Positions 24,121 to 33,376 of a DNA stretch of 64,000 nt are shown here, piece after piece (within the stretch, counting starts at the first letter, position 1; the number at the start of each line of letters is the position of its first letter). The stretch spans positions 55,479-119,478 of IMG/VR virus record IMGVR_UViG_3300045051_000172. One strand, 5' to 3'. The notes under the pieces are model-generated. The model was not told where the DNA came from. It saw nothing but the letters and a program-made list of their open reading frames with translations, and did not search any database. Source of the stretch: a virus. A program made the translations under genes and the position numbers.

Positions 24121-26094
24121 ATGGCAGACGGCGACAACAAAGAAGGTATCCTTTCGAAAGCCTTGAATGCTTTTGAAAATTACTTGGACAATCGGATGGA
24201 GAAGGGCGCTAAAGTAGAGCCTGATTTTGCTCCAGTCGAAGAAGACGTACTTTATCGAAAAAGTGCTTACAAAGATCCGAGCTACTCAATCGGAGCCCAA
24301 GGATACCAAGATAAGACCGCTCGCTTGAGCTTCAACTTGCTCAGAGAAATGGCCGTTCGAGATACCGTCGTTTCCGCAATCATTCAAAATTATCAAAACG
24401 ATGTTTCAGACTTCGCGAAGCCCGCCAAAGCAAAATACGAAAAAGGCTTCAAAATTGTTCCGAAGAACGAAAGACAAAAGATTTTAAAACTCATTGCAGA
24501 ACTCTTTCCTGAACAAAAGTCTGAGAAGAAAGAAGAGAAAGACTTTAATAAAGCCTCTGATCCTCTTTTAAACAAAGAAGAAGCGATGGACAAAGAGGAC
24601 AACAATCTGAGCGAAGATTTGATTGATGATGCGATCAATGAAGCCAGCCAAGTAGTAGCCGAACCTCTTACTCTCCGTGAAAAAGAACGGATTGCCAAGG
24701 AAGAACTTGTTCGAAGAAATCTTGAGAAGATTGAAAAGCTCAAAGACTTAGTCATGAGCTGCGGAAATTTAGAGAATCGAAGTTTTGAAGATCGACGATG
24801 GAACTTTGAAGGTCTCCTTCGAGCCATTGTTCGAGATACCCTTACCTTCGATCAGTATGCAATTGAACGTATTCCAAACAATGAAGGCAAGCTCAATCAC
24901 TGGGTTCCAGTTGACGGAGCGACTATTCGATTTGCAACTCCGGCTTTAAAACAACAAAAGGGTCAAATAGCCAGCGAATTCGGTTACGATATTCTTTTTC
25001 CTGAGAAGGAATTAGAAGCTATGCAACAATCAGACGCGATTCAATTGGACGAAAAGAAACTTGAAAACGACGAGTATAAATGGGTTCAAGTTATTAGAGG
25101 CAAGATCGAGCGCGGCTTCACAGAACAAGAACTTGTGGTTGGTATGCGTAACCCTACGACCAATGTTTATTCAAACGGTTACTCTGTCCCTGAATTAGAA
25201 GTGCTGGTCAATACGATTTCCTCACATATTTTCACTGAAAACTACAACCGAATGTATTTCACCCAAGGGTTTTCAGCCAAAGGTATCCTGCACATTAAGG
25301 CTCCACTTCCTCGACGTAAGTTAGAAGCTTTCCGCCTTCAATGGAATCACCTTTTGAAAGGTAATAAGAACTCCTTCCAAACTCCGATTGTTTCTGGTAT
25401 GGACGAGATTCAATGGATTCCTTTGACTCAGAATCATTCTGATATGGAATTTTCCAATTGGATGAACTACCTCATTAAGATTATTTGTTCTTTGTTCCAA
25501 ATTGATCCAATGGAAATTGGCTTCGGAATGAAAGAAGAAGGCCGAACCGGCGGGAACATGGGCGGAGACAACACTCAAGAGAAGCTCAAGCTTTCTCGCG
25601 AAAAGGGTCTCAAGCCAATGATGACTCATCTTCAAAACTTCTTCAATCAAAATATTATCAATCAAATCGATCCTGAATTTGAATTGGTATTCGTAGGTTT
25701 AGACGATGAATCTCAACAAGAAGCTATTAGTCGTCAAGAAAAAGAAGTTAAGTTCAAGAAGACTGTAAACGAGATTCGAGCGGAAGACGAACTTCCTCCT
25801 CTCGACGGATGCGACAAGTTATTGCTCGATCCAAACTACATGCAGTATTACATGAACATGAGTCCAGACGGTCTCAAAGCCAAGCAACAAATGAATGAAC
25901 AGCAAATGCAAATGCAATCGATGCAAGATGGCACTTTGGCTGATCCGAAAGTTGGAGAAGAGCTTGAGAATCAAAAAGATCAACCGGAAGAAGAAGAAGT
26001 TGGCACGGCTTCGGTCAATCCACAAAAAGCTCCCGAAGAAGAAGTACAGAAGTCACTCCTAACCATCGAGCACTATACGCTCCCTAAGGAGTAA
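24121..26094 (+). CDS. Portal protein
   Basis: SNGYSVPELE, FSAKGILHI, DMEFSNWMNYLIKIICSLFQIDPMEIGF and TVNEIRAE motifs; position after terL. Confidence 0.88.
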   Translation: MADGDNKEGILSKALNAFENYLDNRMEKGAKVEPDFAPVEEDVLYRKSAYKDPSYSIGAQGYQDKTARLSFNLLREMAVRDTVVSAIIQNYQNDVSDFAKPAKAKYEKGFKIVPKNERQKILKLIAELFPEQKSEKKEEKDFNKASDPLLNKEEAMDKEDNNLSEDLIDDAINEASQVVAEPLTLREKERIAKEELVRRNLEKIEKLKDLVMSCGNLENRSFEDRRWNFEGLLRAIVRDTLTFDQYAIERIPNNEGKLNHWVPVDGATIRFATPALKQQKGQIASEFGYDILFPEKELEAMQQSDAIQLDEKKLENDEYKWVQVIRGKIERGFTEQELVVGMRNPTTNVYSNGYSVPELEVLVNTISSHIFTENYNRMYFTQGFSAKGILHIKAPLPRRKLEAFRLQWNHLLKGNKNSFQTPIVSGMDEIQWIPLTQNHSDMEFSNWMNYLIKIICSLFQIDPMEIGFGMKEEGRTGGNMGGDNTQEKLKLSREKGLKPMMTHLQNFFNQNIINQIDPEFELVFVGLDDESQQEAISRQEKEVKFKKTVNEIRAEDELPPLDGCDKLLLDPNYMQYYMNMSPDGLKAKQQMNEQQMQMQSMQDGTLADPKVGEELENQKDQPEEEEVGTASVNPQKAPEEEVQKSLLTIEHYTLPKE

Positions 26095-26095
26095 A

Positions 26096-26329
26096 ATGGA
26101 CTCGGAACTAAAAATTAAGATCGAACGTCCTGAAGGAATGACCCAAGAGGAAGCCGAAGAGCTTATCTATAAAGCTTTGTCTATGCCCCGTCAAGGTGAA
26201 GCCCATCAAGAAGAATTTCAAGATCCAGCGATGCAGAGCGTAGTAGACATCATGACTAAGCTGCATAAAAATATTGCCAAAGACATTGCGGCTGAAATTT
26301 TCTCCCAACTTGATAAGGAAGAATTCTAA
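26096..26329 (+). CDS. Small head-region hypothetical protein
   Basis: 77 aa ORF coupled between the portal and gpF-like genes. Confidence 0.65.
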   Translation: MDSELKIKIERPEGMTQEEAEELIYKALSMPRQGEAHQEEFQDPAMQSVVDIMTKLHKNIAKDIAAEIFSQLDKEEF

Positions 26330-27222
26330 TGGTTATCAATAACGAGACCATTGAAGCGATCAGAAAGATCATTGCGAAGAACTATAATCGTCTCGCAATT
26401 GCGGTTCTTGGGCGCAATAATGTTCCCGAAGAAGTTCGAGAGCAATTTCCAGACTTGGATTCAAATCCTCTTTTGGCCATGGTTTACTATCATAATTATT
26501 TGAACGAACAGGGTTCTGCAGATGCCCCGACTGATTATTCGGAAATGCAAGCCCAGCAACAGCCAGATAATCTCCCTCAAGGAGAAGCCCATAGACAGTC
26601 AGTTGACTTTGTCAATTCCAATATTTATCAATTGATTGAAAAGCAAAAGGCTGAAGTTGAATCCCGGGTTGTCGGTTTAGTACGAGACAACAACAATCAG
26701 TATAAGGCTGACGCCCTCCAAAACCTGGATCGAACCGAATATGGCGATTCGGTCGCGAAGGAAAGAACCGTCCCAGAGCTTAAAAAACGTATCGAAAATT
26801 ATCTTGAAACGGATGCCAAGAGAGACTGGAATCGAATTACCAACACAGAAGTCAGCAATGCGCTCGGACAGGGTTCAGTTGACCGAGTCGTATCTCAGAA
26901 CAAGGATAAGAACCTATTTGAAGTTTTTGTCTATAGGGTCAATCCAGACGATGGACGAACCTGCAAATATTGTCGCAAATTTTATATAGACAATGACTCG
27001 TCCCCTAAAGTTTACAGACTATCGACCCTCCTATCCAATGGGACAAACTATGGCAAGAAGGCCGTAGACTGGCGTCCAGTGCCCACTTCAACCCATCCCA
27101 ACTGCCGCGACTCCCAGATTGTGGAACTTCGTCCAGGCTGGGCCGTAAAGCCGGGAGGCAAGGTTACCTACATCGGCATGGAAAAATGGCCGGAATACAT
27201 TCGATCCAAAGTCACAGCTTGA
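26329..27222 (+). CDS. Head morphogenesis protein (Mu gpF / SPP1 gp7-like)
   Basis: RITNTEV, RTCKYC and HPNCR motifs. Confidence 0.8.
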   Translation: MVINNETIEAIRKIIAKNYNRLAIAVLGRNNVPEEVREQFPDLDSNPLLAMVYYHNYLNEQGSADAPTDYSEMQAQQQPDNLPQGEAHRQSVDFVNSNIYQLIEKQKAEVESRVVGLVRDNNNQYKADALQNLDRTEYGDSVAKERTVPELKKRIENYLETDAKRDWNRITNTEVSNALGQGSVDRVVSQNKDKNLFEVFVYRVNPDDGRTCKYCRKFYIDNDSSPKVYRLSTLLSNGTNYGKKAVDWRPVPTSTHPNCRDSQIVELRPGWAVKPGGKVTYIGMEKWPEYIRSKVTA

Positions 27223-27253
27223 CACTTATAAAGCCCTTTGATACGCTATTCTC

Positions 27254-27769
27254 ATGGCAGCAGATCAGAGTTCATTCAATCAAACTCTTCAAAATAATAT
27301 TCAGAATTTGAAGAAGAAACAACGTGAGTTGGAACTTATCGCTAAAGTAGTTGATTTCGTTGGCAAACTTCCTGATGAAGAAGCTGATTTCAAAGACACG
27401 GCTGAGAAGGTTCGAGATCTTTTTACTCAATTCTCCGCAAAAACCATTGAGCTTATCGAAGCCGGGGCCCTAACAGGTCGAAGACTCCCAAAGCCAACAC
27501 AAGCTGCCTTACCTGATTTGCAAGAAGCTCCCCGTCCAGAAGACAACGGAGCCACCGTTTCTAAACTCCCTACTCCCCAACCTGACAAACTCCAATTCTT
27601 AATTGCTTGGAGGCACATGGATGGAAAGCGCGTCAAGATCGGCGAAGAGATGGGAACGGTCAGAGGTTGCGATGCCCCTGAGTTAGTCGTTGCATTAGAC
27701 AATGGAACCACAGCAAGAGTTAGACCTGAAACTTTACAGATGAATCAGCAAGCAGGAAAAGGAAAATAA
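27254..27769 (+). CDS. Hypothetical protein with a possible C-terminal SH3-like barrel
   Basis: 171 aa ORF; TTGACA-17-TACGCT promoter upstream. Confidence 0.65.
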   Translation: MAADQSSFNQTLQNNIQNLKKKQRELELIAKVVDFVGKLPDEEADFKDTAEKVRDLFTQFSAKTIELIEAGALTGRRLPKPTQAALPDLQEAPRPEDNGATVSKLPTPQPDKLQFLIAWRHMDGKRVKIGEEMGTVRGCDAPELVVALDNGTTARVRPETLQMNQQAGKGK

Positions 27770-27770
27770 C

Positions 27771-28328
27771 ATGAGCGGAAAACACCCTACAAATAGTTTT
27801 GCAAACTTAGTCGCACAAACCGCGAATAAACAAGCCAAAGATCATTTGGAACCGTTTATTCAAGCCACTGTCATCAAGAATGTTGCTCAAGCGGCGGGAA
27901 TCGTCGAAGGCAATTTGAAGCGATTCTTGGCAAACGCTCTGACTCGATTGGCTGTTTTGGAAAAGATCGCGATCTCCAAGGGTTTAATCTCTGAAGAAGA
28001 GATCAGCGAAGGCATCTTGAATCAAGAAGATGAAAGCTGGGGATATGCTAAGACTTCAGAAGCCGCCTCTGAAAAAAGTTTAGTTCGACTTGTTGTTCGC
28101 AAAAAAGGTAAAGACCAAACTGAGTTTGCTCTCCCTTACAATCTTCTTGTTCCTTCAGTTGGACAAGGCGCATCAGAACTTTCAAAAGAAGTAGAGACCG
28201 CTTTAGTCGGATTGGCTGTTGGAGATAAAAAAGAAATTCAAGATGGAGATACGACTTTAGAAGTTACCGTCACCCGAGTTTCTAAGAAAAAGGAAGAAGC
28301 TAATGTCGAACAAAGTCAAAAAAATTAA
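27771..28328 (+). CDS. Trigger-factor/FKBP-fold domain protein
   Basis: C-terminal LVRLVV...VGQG...EVETALVGLAVGDKKEI...LEVTVTRV resembles the trigger factor PPIase domain (FEEQLVGMKAGEEKEI...FKVTVKEV). Confidence 0.55.
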   Translation: MSGKHPTNSFANLVAQTANKQAKDHLEPFIQATVIKNVAQAAGIVEGNLKRFLANALTRLAVLEKIAISKGLISEEEISEGILNQEDESWGYAKTSEAASEKSLVRLVVRKKGKDQTEFALPYNLLVPSVGQGASELSKEVETALVGLAVGDKKEIQDGDTTLEVTVTRVSKKKEEANVEQSQKN

Positions 28329-28572
28329 GGGAAATCGAGTAGTCCTCGTTAAGCCTACTGCGACTCAGAAACGAGATGGAGCCTTTTTCGTTCCTGAAGT
28401 TTCTACGAATGTCGGAGTAGTTAAGTTCATTGGAGACGAAGTAGCCGAAAGCTACGGCCTCAAAGTTGGCATGAGAGTGATTTATCTTACTCAGCATGAA
28501 CAAGTTCAAATGGAGAACGAGACCGTTTTCATCATGGAACCTTCCAACATTGTTGCTGAGTTGGAGGACTAA
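28303..28572 (+). CDS. groES: GroES-like co-chaperonin (Cpn10)
   Basis: GNRVVLVKP...DGAFFVPE...GVVKFIGD...LKVGMRVIY...VFIMEPSNIVA follows the GroES pattern and length. Confidence 0.75.
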   Translation: MSNKVKKIKGNRVVLVKPTATQKRDGAFFVPEVSTNVGVVKFIGDEVAESYGLKVGMRVIYLTQHEQVQMENETVFIMEPSNIVAELED

Positions 28573-28575
28573 ACT

Positions 28576-29430
28576 TTGAAAGCCAAATCTACGATTCACC
28601 GGGATCAGAGTGCCCTAGAGAACTATCTGGTCTACGGAATTCATATCTCAAACCGAAAGATATACTTTGGTACGGCTTCCCCTACGGAAGGAGAGCCGGG
28701 GGATCAGTCTGATTTCGGACACAATTCAGTTGCCCTTTATATACGGGCCATCGATCTCATGGTTGAGATGTCCAGCAAACCAATAGAGCTTCACATGACT
28801 TCATACGGCGGAGACCCGTACTTCATGCTCGCGCTCAAGGATAAGATTCTCGAATCCCCAGTCAAGTTTAAATTCTACGGTCGGGGCCGGATCGCCTCAG
28901 CCGCGACCTGGATTATGGCGGTCTGTGACGAGCGCTATCTTTCTGAGGATACTGTGGTCATGATCCATAACGGGTCTACCTATTATCAAGATTTCTCCGG
29001 CAAGGTTCCAATGACCGATGCCAGCATTATGGCTGAACACGACGAGATCCTCCAAGATCGTTTGAATACGATTTTCGCTGAGAACTCTCGAATGCCTAAA
29101 GAATTTTATGACATGATCGTGAAGCGAGATTGCTTCATGACAGCCAAAGAAACAATCATGCTTGGATTGGCCGATGAAATCATCCCTCACCGCAAGAGAG
29201 CCAGTCTACGACAAAGGCGTATCGAGAATCTCAAAGACGCTCCCAGAGCCATTGACATTCAGAGATTAGTCAATCGCTTGGTCAAGAGAACTCACATTGA
29301 CAATGCGGCGCTTAAATTCACCTTTAATATTCAAAAAGAGAAATCAGAAGAATTACCGGATTACGATAATTCGATAAACGAGCTGGGTAAGCTTGGAATC
29401 TCGGAGACTCCGGATGAATCTGATAAGTAA
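28576..29430 (+). CDS. clpP: ClpP-like serine protease
   Basis: IELHMTSYGGD, IASAA (Ser), VMIHN (His), RDCFMTAKETIMLGLAD; TTG start. Confidence 0.85.
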   Translation: MKAKSTIHRDQSALENYLVYGIHISNRKIYFGTASPTEGEPGDQSDFGHNSVALYIRAIDLMVEMSSKPIELHMTSYGGDPYFMLALKDKILESPVKFKFYGRGRIASAATWIMAVCDERYLSEDTVVMIHNGSTYYQDFSGKVPMTDASIMAEHDEILQDRLNTIFAENSRMPKEFYDMIVKRDCFMTAKETIMLGLADEIIPHRKRASLRQRRIENLKDAPRAIDIQRLVNRLVKRTHIDNAALKFTFNIQKEKSEELPDYDNSINELGKLGISETPDESDK

Positions 29431-30196
29431 ATTGATCGAAAAACATCTCAAAGACAAGGATGTTCAAGCCTTTTCTAAGCCTGGCAAAAATTTCTCATTA
29501 AATCCCTCGGTCCTCGGAGACGATTGTCTTCGAAAGAAATACTTCTCATATTTTCGAATGCCCCAGAAGGCCAAAGAGATTGACAATATTTTGATTCTTG
29601 AGAGCGGAAACACCGTTCATGAGCGAGTTCAAGACTGGCTCGGAGATCTGGGAATAGCCATAGATTATCTCGATCCCAAGACTGGAAAAGTGCCAGTAAA
29701 TTACTATACGGGTAAGAAAGATATAGAATTTCCAATCTCAATTCCTCAACTTTTAATTCAAAAAGGTAAGATAGATCGAGTCTGCCTTATGGATGACGAA
29801 CTATGGCTTATTGAGGTCAAATCCATAGGTAGCGAGCAATATAAGAAATTGGATGAACCCAAATTTGACCATACAATTCAAGGAACCGTTTATTTATTTG
29901 GATTCGAAATGTGTCTTCAAGCTGGCAATTACGACCACATTCCAAAGTTGCGCCGAGACATGGTTCCGAAGGGTTTGAAATTCATTTACGTCAATCGAGA
30001 TACTGGTCAGATGAAGGAATATTTCCTAGAAAGAAATGAATCTCTTTTTGTGAGAATTTGTAAGGATATTCAAGAGTTAGCTTATTACATTTTGAACAAA
30101 GAACTTCCGCCTCCACCCAAAGGTGGCATGTGTAAGTTTTGTCCGTATCCAGAATTGTGCGGTAAAAATTTGAATCCCCCTGGAGAAAATAAGTAG
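29414..30196 (+). CDS. Cas4-like PD-(D/E)XK exonuclease
   Basis: DCLRK, GNTVH, GKIDRV, LIEVKS, QGTVY and C-terminal CKFCPYPELC. Confidence 0.75.
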   Translation: MNLISKLIEKHLKDKDVQAFSKPGKNFSLNPSVLGDDCLRKKYFSYFRMPQKAKEIDNILILESGNTVHERVQDWLGDLGIAIDYLDPKTGKVPVNYYTGKKDIEFPISIPQLLIQKGKIDRVCLMDDELWLIEVKSIGSEQYKKLDEPKFDHTIQGTVYLFGFEMCLQAGNYDHIPKLRRDMVPKGLKFIYVNRDTGQMKEYFLERNESLFVRICKDIQELAYYILNKELPPPPKGGMCKFCPYPELCGKNLNPPGENK

Positions 30197-30215
30197 GGGA
30201 ATCCAACAGTATATC

Positions 30216-30473
30216 ATGGGCCTGCGGTTGAATCCGACGCAGAATCTTGGTATGCTTTATAATATGAGTAGAGACTCGACGGAAGTCAAATTATTAACGA
30301 TTCGGCAGAGGTACAGAGATGCCTTGGACTTTTACACAAGTTCTCGTGTTCTCCCTTTGAAACGGGTTCACTACCTCCGAACACAGTTAGAAGTTTGCAC
30401 CGAACTCCTGACTCTTTATCAGAACGCGAAACTAGAAAGGGTCAAACATGGAAAAACTAATCAAGCTTCTTAA
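30216..30473 (+). CDS. Hypothetical protein
   Basis: 85 aa ORF; start uncertain. Confidence 0.5.
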   Translation: MGLRLNPTQNLGMLYNMSRDSTEVKLLTIRQRYRDALDFYTSSRVLPLKRVHYLRTQLEVCTELLTLYQNAKLERVKHGKTNQAS

Positions 30474-31536
30474 AGGTTTAACAAAGGCTTCAATCGTCAC
30501 TTCAATCTTGATTGGCGGCGCGATTACTCTCCTAGCCTACGTTAAGTATCCTTTCGAAAGCACACTTGGACCCCTTCAACAAGAAACTAAAATTGTTGAA
30601 AAAGAAGTTCCCGCAAAAGAAACAGCCACAAATACGGCTACCGCGAAAATCAAAGAGCTTCTTTACACTCCAGCGAATGGAACTCCGGCCAATGATGTGA
30701 AGATTCTTCCAGTGAAACCTTCTCCTGCAAAAACCGAAAAGCAACAAACAATTATTTTGGGCAAGAAAAATACTTTGGTTTTGAAAGGCGTAGTCAATAT
30801 GCTCTCCGTCTCAAAGCTTCAACAAGAAGCAATTTTGATGTCGGCGAAACTTGATAAGAACACCCCGATCTATCTGGTCCTTGACACTCCCGGCGGCTCC
30901 GTCACTGCAGGTCAGATCCTTGTGGATACTCTTAAAGCCCTCCCAAATAAAGTTCACACGATTACCCTTTTCTCGGCATCCATGGGTTATCACATCGTTC
31001 AACGACTTGATGATCGATTGATTCTCCCCTCAGGTACTCTTATGAGTCACCGTATGCGAGTTGGCGGAATCGAAGGACAAGTCCCTGGAGAAGCCGTTAC
31101 CGCAATGAATGATACGATTCGTCTCGCGAATAAACTTGACCGAGAAGTTTCCGAAAGAATCAATATGCCTTTCGAAGAATATAGAGCCGCAATCCGAGAT
31201 GAACTTTGGTTAGATGGTTCTGATTCAGTTGCTCAAAACATGGCAGATAAAGAAATTCTGGCCCTTTGCGGACAAGACATGATGGGCACCTATGAAGAAA
31301 AGATCGACCTCCTGTTCTTTGTCATCAAAGCCACTTGGTCCGAATGCCCTTTGATTCGATTTCCAGTCAAGGTAGAAATGGCCGATCTGACCAGATCTCG
31401 ACAGATTTTCGGAATCCAAGCAGCGGCAAAACAAGCTGAATATGAAAAATTTATCAATACTTTAATGTACGATAAAGCCAAATTTGTCCATGAATACATC
31501 GTTACGGACAAATACAAAGAATTCATATCACAATAA
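30448..31536 (+). CDS. Second ClpP-like protease with an N-terminal membrane anchor
   Basis: TM at residues ~14-33; IYLVLDTPGGSVTAG, SASMG (Ser), LMSHR (His), RDELWL motifs. Confidence 0.8.
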   Translation: MEKLIKLLKGLTKASIVTSILIGGAITLLAYVKYPFESTLGPLQQETKIVEKEVPAKETATNTATAKIKELLYTPANGTPANDVKILPVKPSPAKTEKQQTIILGKKNTLVLKGVVNMLSVSKLQQEAILMSAKLDKNTPIYLVLDTPGGSVTAGQILVDTLKALPNKVHTITLFSASMGYHIVQRLDDRLILPSGTLMSHRMRVGGIEGQVPGEAVTAMNDTIRLANKLDREVSERINMPFEEYRAAIRDELWLDGSDSVAQNMADKEILALCGQDMMGTYEEKIDLLFFVIKATWSECPLIRFPVKVEMADLTRSRQIFGIQAAAKQAEYEKFINTLMYDKAKFVHEYIVTDKYKEFISQ

Positions 31537-31539
31537 GCC

Positions 31540-31638
31540 TTGACATTATTGCGTACTTCTGTCACAACTGAAGTATGTAACAAAGGAGTTGAGATACTCG
31601 ACCCCGCCAAAATAACCGTGCCTTATTGCACAAAGCGG
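31540..31638 (+). promoter_or_regulatory. TTGACA element and hairpin-rich leader before the zinc/HTH gene
   Basis: TTGACA 31540; stems TACTTC/GAAGTA (31554/31570) and CCGC..GTGC/GCAC..GCGG (31604-31638). Confidence 0.35.
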
Positions 31639-31645
31639 ATAGAGT

Positions 31646-32200
31646 ATGAACAATTCCAAACGAGAGGTTCTCAAACGCCTCGAAAAAACCCAACCTAGAA
31701 ATTACTGGAATACCAGCGGTAAAGACCGTCAGTTCATGCGCTCTGCAAAAGATCCAGATCCGACTTGCGAGCCGGAAAAACAAATAGTTCCCTGCCAAAA
31801 ATGTCAATCAACTGACTTAGAAATCACCCGAGTAAAGGGCCCAGCGTTTGACGTGAAATGTAGAACGTGCAGTCATGAAATGCTCGGAGTTCATGGAAGA
31901 ATCACAAAAGAACCAGAAAATGAATGGTGGATTGATTCCCCGGAACACGGATACTGCTTTTGGAAGTTTATTCAGGATAAATCGACTCCGGACGGCAAAA
32001 TGGAGCCAATGCAGCAAAATGAGATTGCCAAGTATTTTGGCTGTTCTGCCACTAAAATTCACTTTATTCTGAAGCAAGCAATTGCCAAGATCAAAGCCCA
32101 AGGGCTGGATGAGGTCTTAAAGGACTTCACTTCAATTGAGCCGACCGGCGAAGCTATCCGCCCCACTATCACTAATTACGACTCTGATTCCGAAGATTAA
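31646..32200 (+). CDS. Zinc-finger plus sigma70 region-4-like HTH protein (candidate transcription regulator)
   Basis: CQKC..CRTC; MQQNEIAKYFGCSATKIHFILKQAIAKIK resembles a sigma region 4 HTH. Confidence 0.55.
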   Translation: MNNSKREVLKRLEKTQPRNYWNTSGKDRQFMRSAKDPDPTCEPEKQIVPCQKCQSTDLEITRVKGPAFDVKCRTCSHEMLGVHGRITKEPENEWWIDSPEHGYCFWKFIQDKSTPDGKMEPMQQNEIAKYFGCSATKIHFILKQAIAKIKAQGLDEVLKDFTSIEPTGEAIRPTITNYDSDSED

Positions 32201-32218
32201 AAAGCTAATCTTTCCCTA

Positions 32219-32227
32219 TGGTAGACT
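32219..32227 (+). promoter_or_regulatory. Extended -10 promoter (TGg-TAGACT)
   Basis: Immediately upstream of the protease ATG; no -35 match. Confidence 0.5.
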
Positions 32228-32233
32228 GAAACA

Positions 32234-33076
32234 ATGGAAACAGTGTTCAAGGCTATTATTCCGGTTGAAATCGATAAAAGTTCAACCGAAGGGGAATGGA
32301 AAATCAGGGGATTAGCCAGTACCTCCTCAAGAGATCAACAAGGCGAAGTCGTACTTCAAGAAGGTCTTGACATCTCTCCCATCGAGCAGAAAAAAGGCTA
32401 TTTCAATTTCGACCATAAAGTCGGACCTGAGAATATGGTCGGTTTGATCGATGGAGGTCGCAAGACTCCAGAAGGATTTTTCGTAGAAGGTCGACTCTTC
32501 AAAAACCACGATAAGGCTAAAGCTTTATACCAAATCATGTCTTCTCTCGGCAAGTCCGATAGAGGCCGAGTTGGGATGTCGGTTGAAGGTGTCATCCGCG
32601 AGCGCGCGGGCCAAGATGGCAAGATCATCAAACGAGCCATGATTAAGGCCGTAGCCCTCACTATGAACCCAGTCAATCAGGACACTTATGTGGATATCGC
32701 TAAGTCCCTGAATGCTGAAGGTATCGATATGGAAGAGAGTTTCAACCTCGGAGTCAGTGAAGATCTGAGTAATGTTCTCTCTGAAGAAGTTCACAAAGCT
32801 TTAGGCGTATCAAGTGCTTATGCCACTAGTACCCCTGCCCAATTAGAAGGCGGGGATGCTCTGGCTCAAGAAAGCCTCGATTCCAAAAAGAAGAAGAAAA
32901 AGAAGCTTAAGAAGATGGACGCCACCATGGCAAAATCCATGATTGGGACGGTTTTGGAGAAACTCCAGATCCTCTATCCTGACTTCTCAAGAACCCAACT
33001 TTTCGAACTCTTCAAGGATCGCCTGAACCAAAGATTCCCCGATTTAACAGGTTCTAAAGAAAACAAAATTAATTAA
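32234..33076 (+). CDS. Prohead (capsid maturation) protease
   Basis: IRGLAST, RDQQGE, GYFNFDH (His), GMSVEG (Ser) and VALTMNPVN motifs. Confidence 0.88.
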   Translation: METVFKAIIPVEIDKSSTEGEWKIRGLASTSSRDQQGEVVLQEGLDISPIEQKKGYFNFDHKVGPENMVGLIDGGRKTPEGFFVEGRLFKNHDKAKALYQIMSSLGKSDRGRVGMSVEGVIRERAGQDGKIIKRAMIKAVALTMNPVNQDTYVDIAKSLNAEGIDMEESFNLGVSEDLSNVLSEEVHKALGVSSAYATSTPAQLEGGDALAQESLDSKKKKKKKLKKMDATMAKSMIGTVLEKLQILYPDFSRTQLFELFKDRLNQRFPDLTGSKENKIN

Positions 33077-33079
33077 AAG

Positions 33080-33088
33080 TGCTATGAT
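33080..33088 (+). promoter_or_regulatory. Extended -10 promoter (TGc-TATGAT)
   Basis: Intergenic, no -35 match. Confidence 0.5.
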
Positions 33089-33129
33089 AAGGCATAGATT
33101 TAACCGCTAGGTAACAAGGAGATTTTCAA

Positions 33130-33345
33130 ATGGCGCTATCAAAAGGTCGACGACAAGGACGAAGTTTACGAAAGACGAATACCATTAAGCCAAAATCGGC
33201 TGAACAAGGTATGCTCATCAATCAAGATTCTCTTATTGATGTATTGAATGCAATCAAAGAAGCAGTTGCTGACGCGACTGATCTTGCTACGCTTCAATCT
33301 GGAATTGCAGCGATTTCTATTCCAAGCAAACTGAGACTTCGATAA
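33130..33345 (+). CDS. Small head-region protein
   Basis: 71 aa ORF with GGAG SD. Confidence 0.65.
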   Translation: MALSKGRRQGRSLRKTNTIKPKSAEQGMLINQDSLIDVLNAIKEAVADATDLATLQSGIAAISIPSKLRLR

Positions 33346-33376
33346 TTTTTAGAAAAGTTTTAACGGAGGCGTTATC

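Noticed and set aside
31612-31632. Possible second sigma-54 site (GTGCC...TTGCA)
   Set aside because: Lacks the -24 GG in the correct orientation and spacing; better explained as the GTGC/GCAC hairpin.
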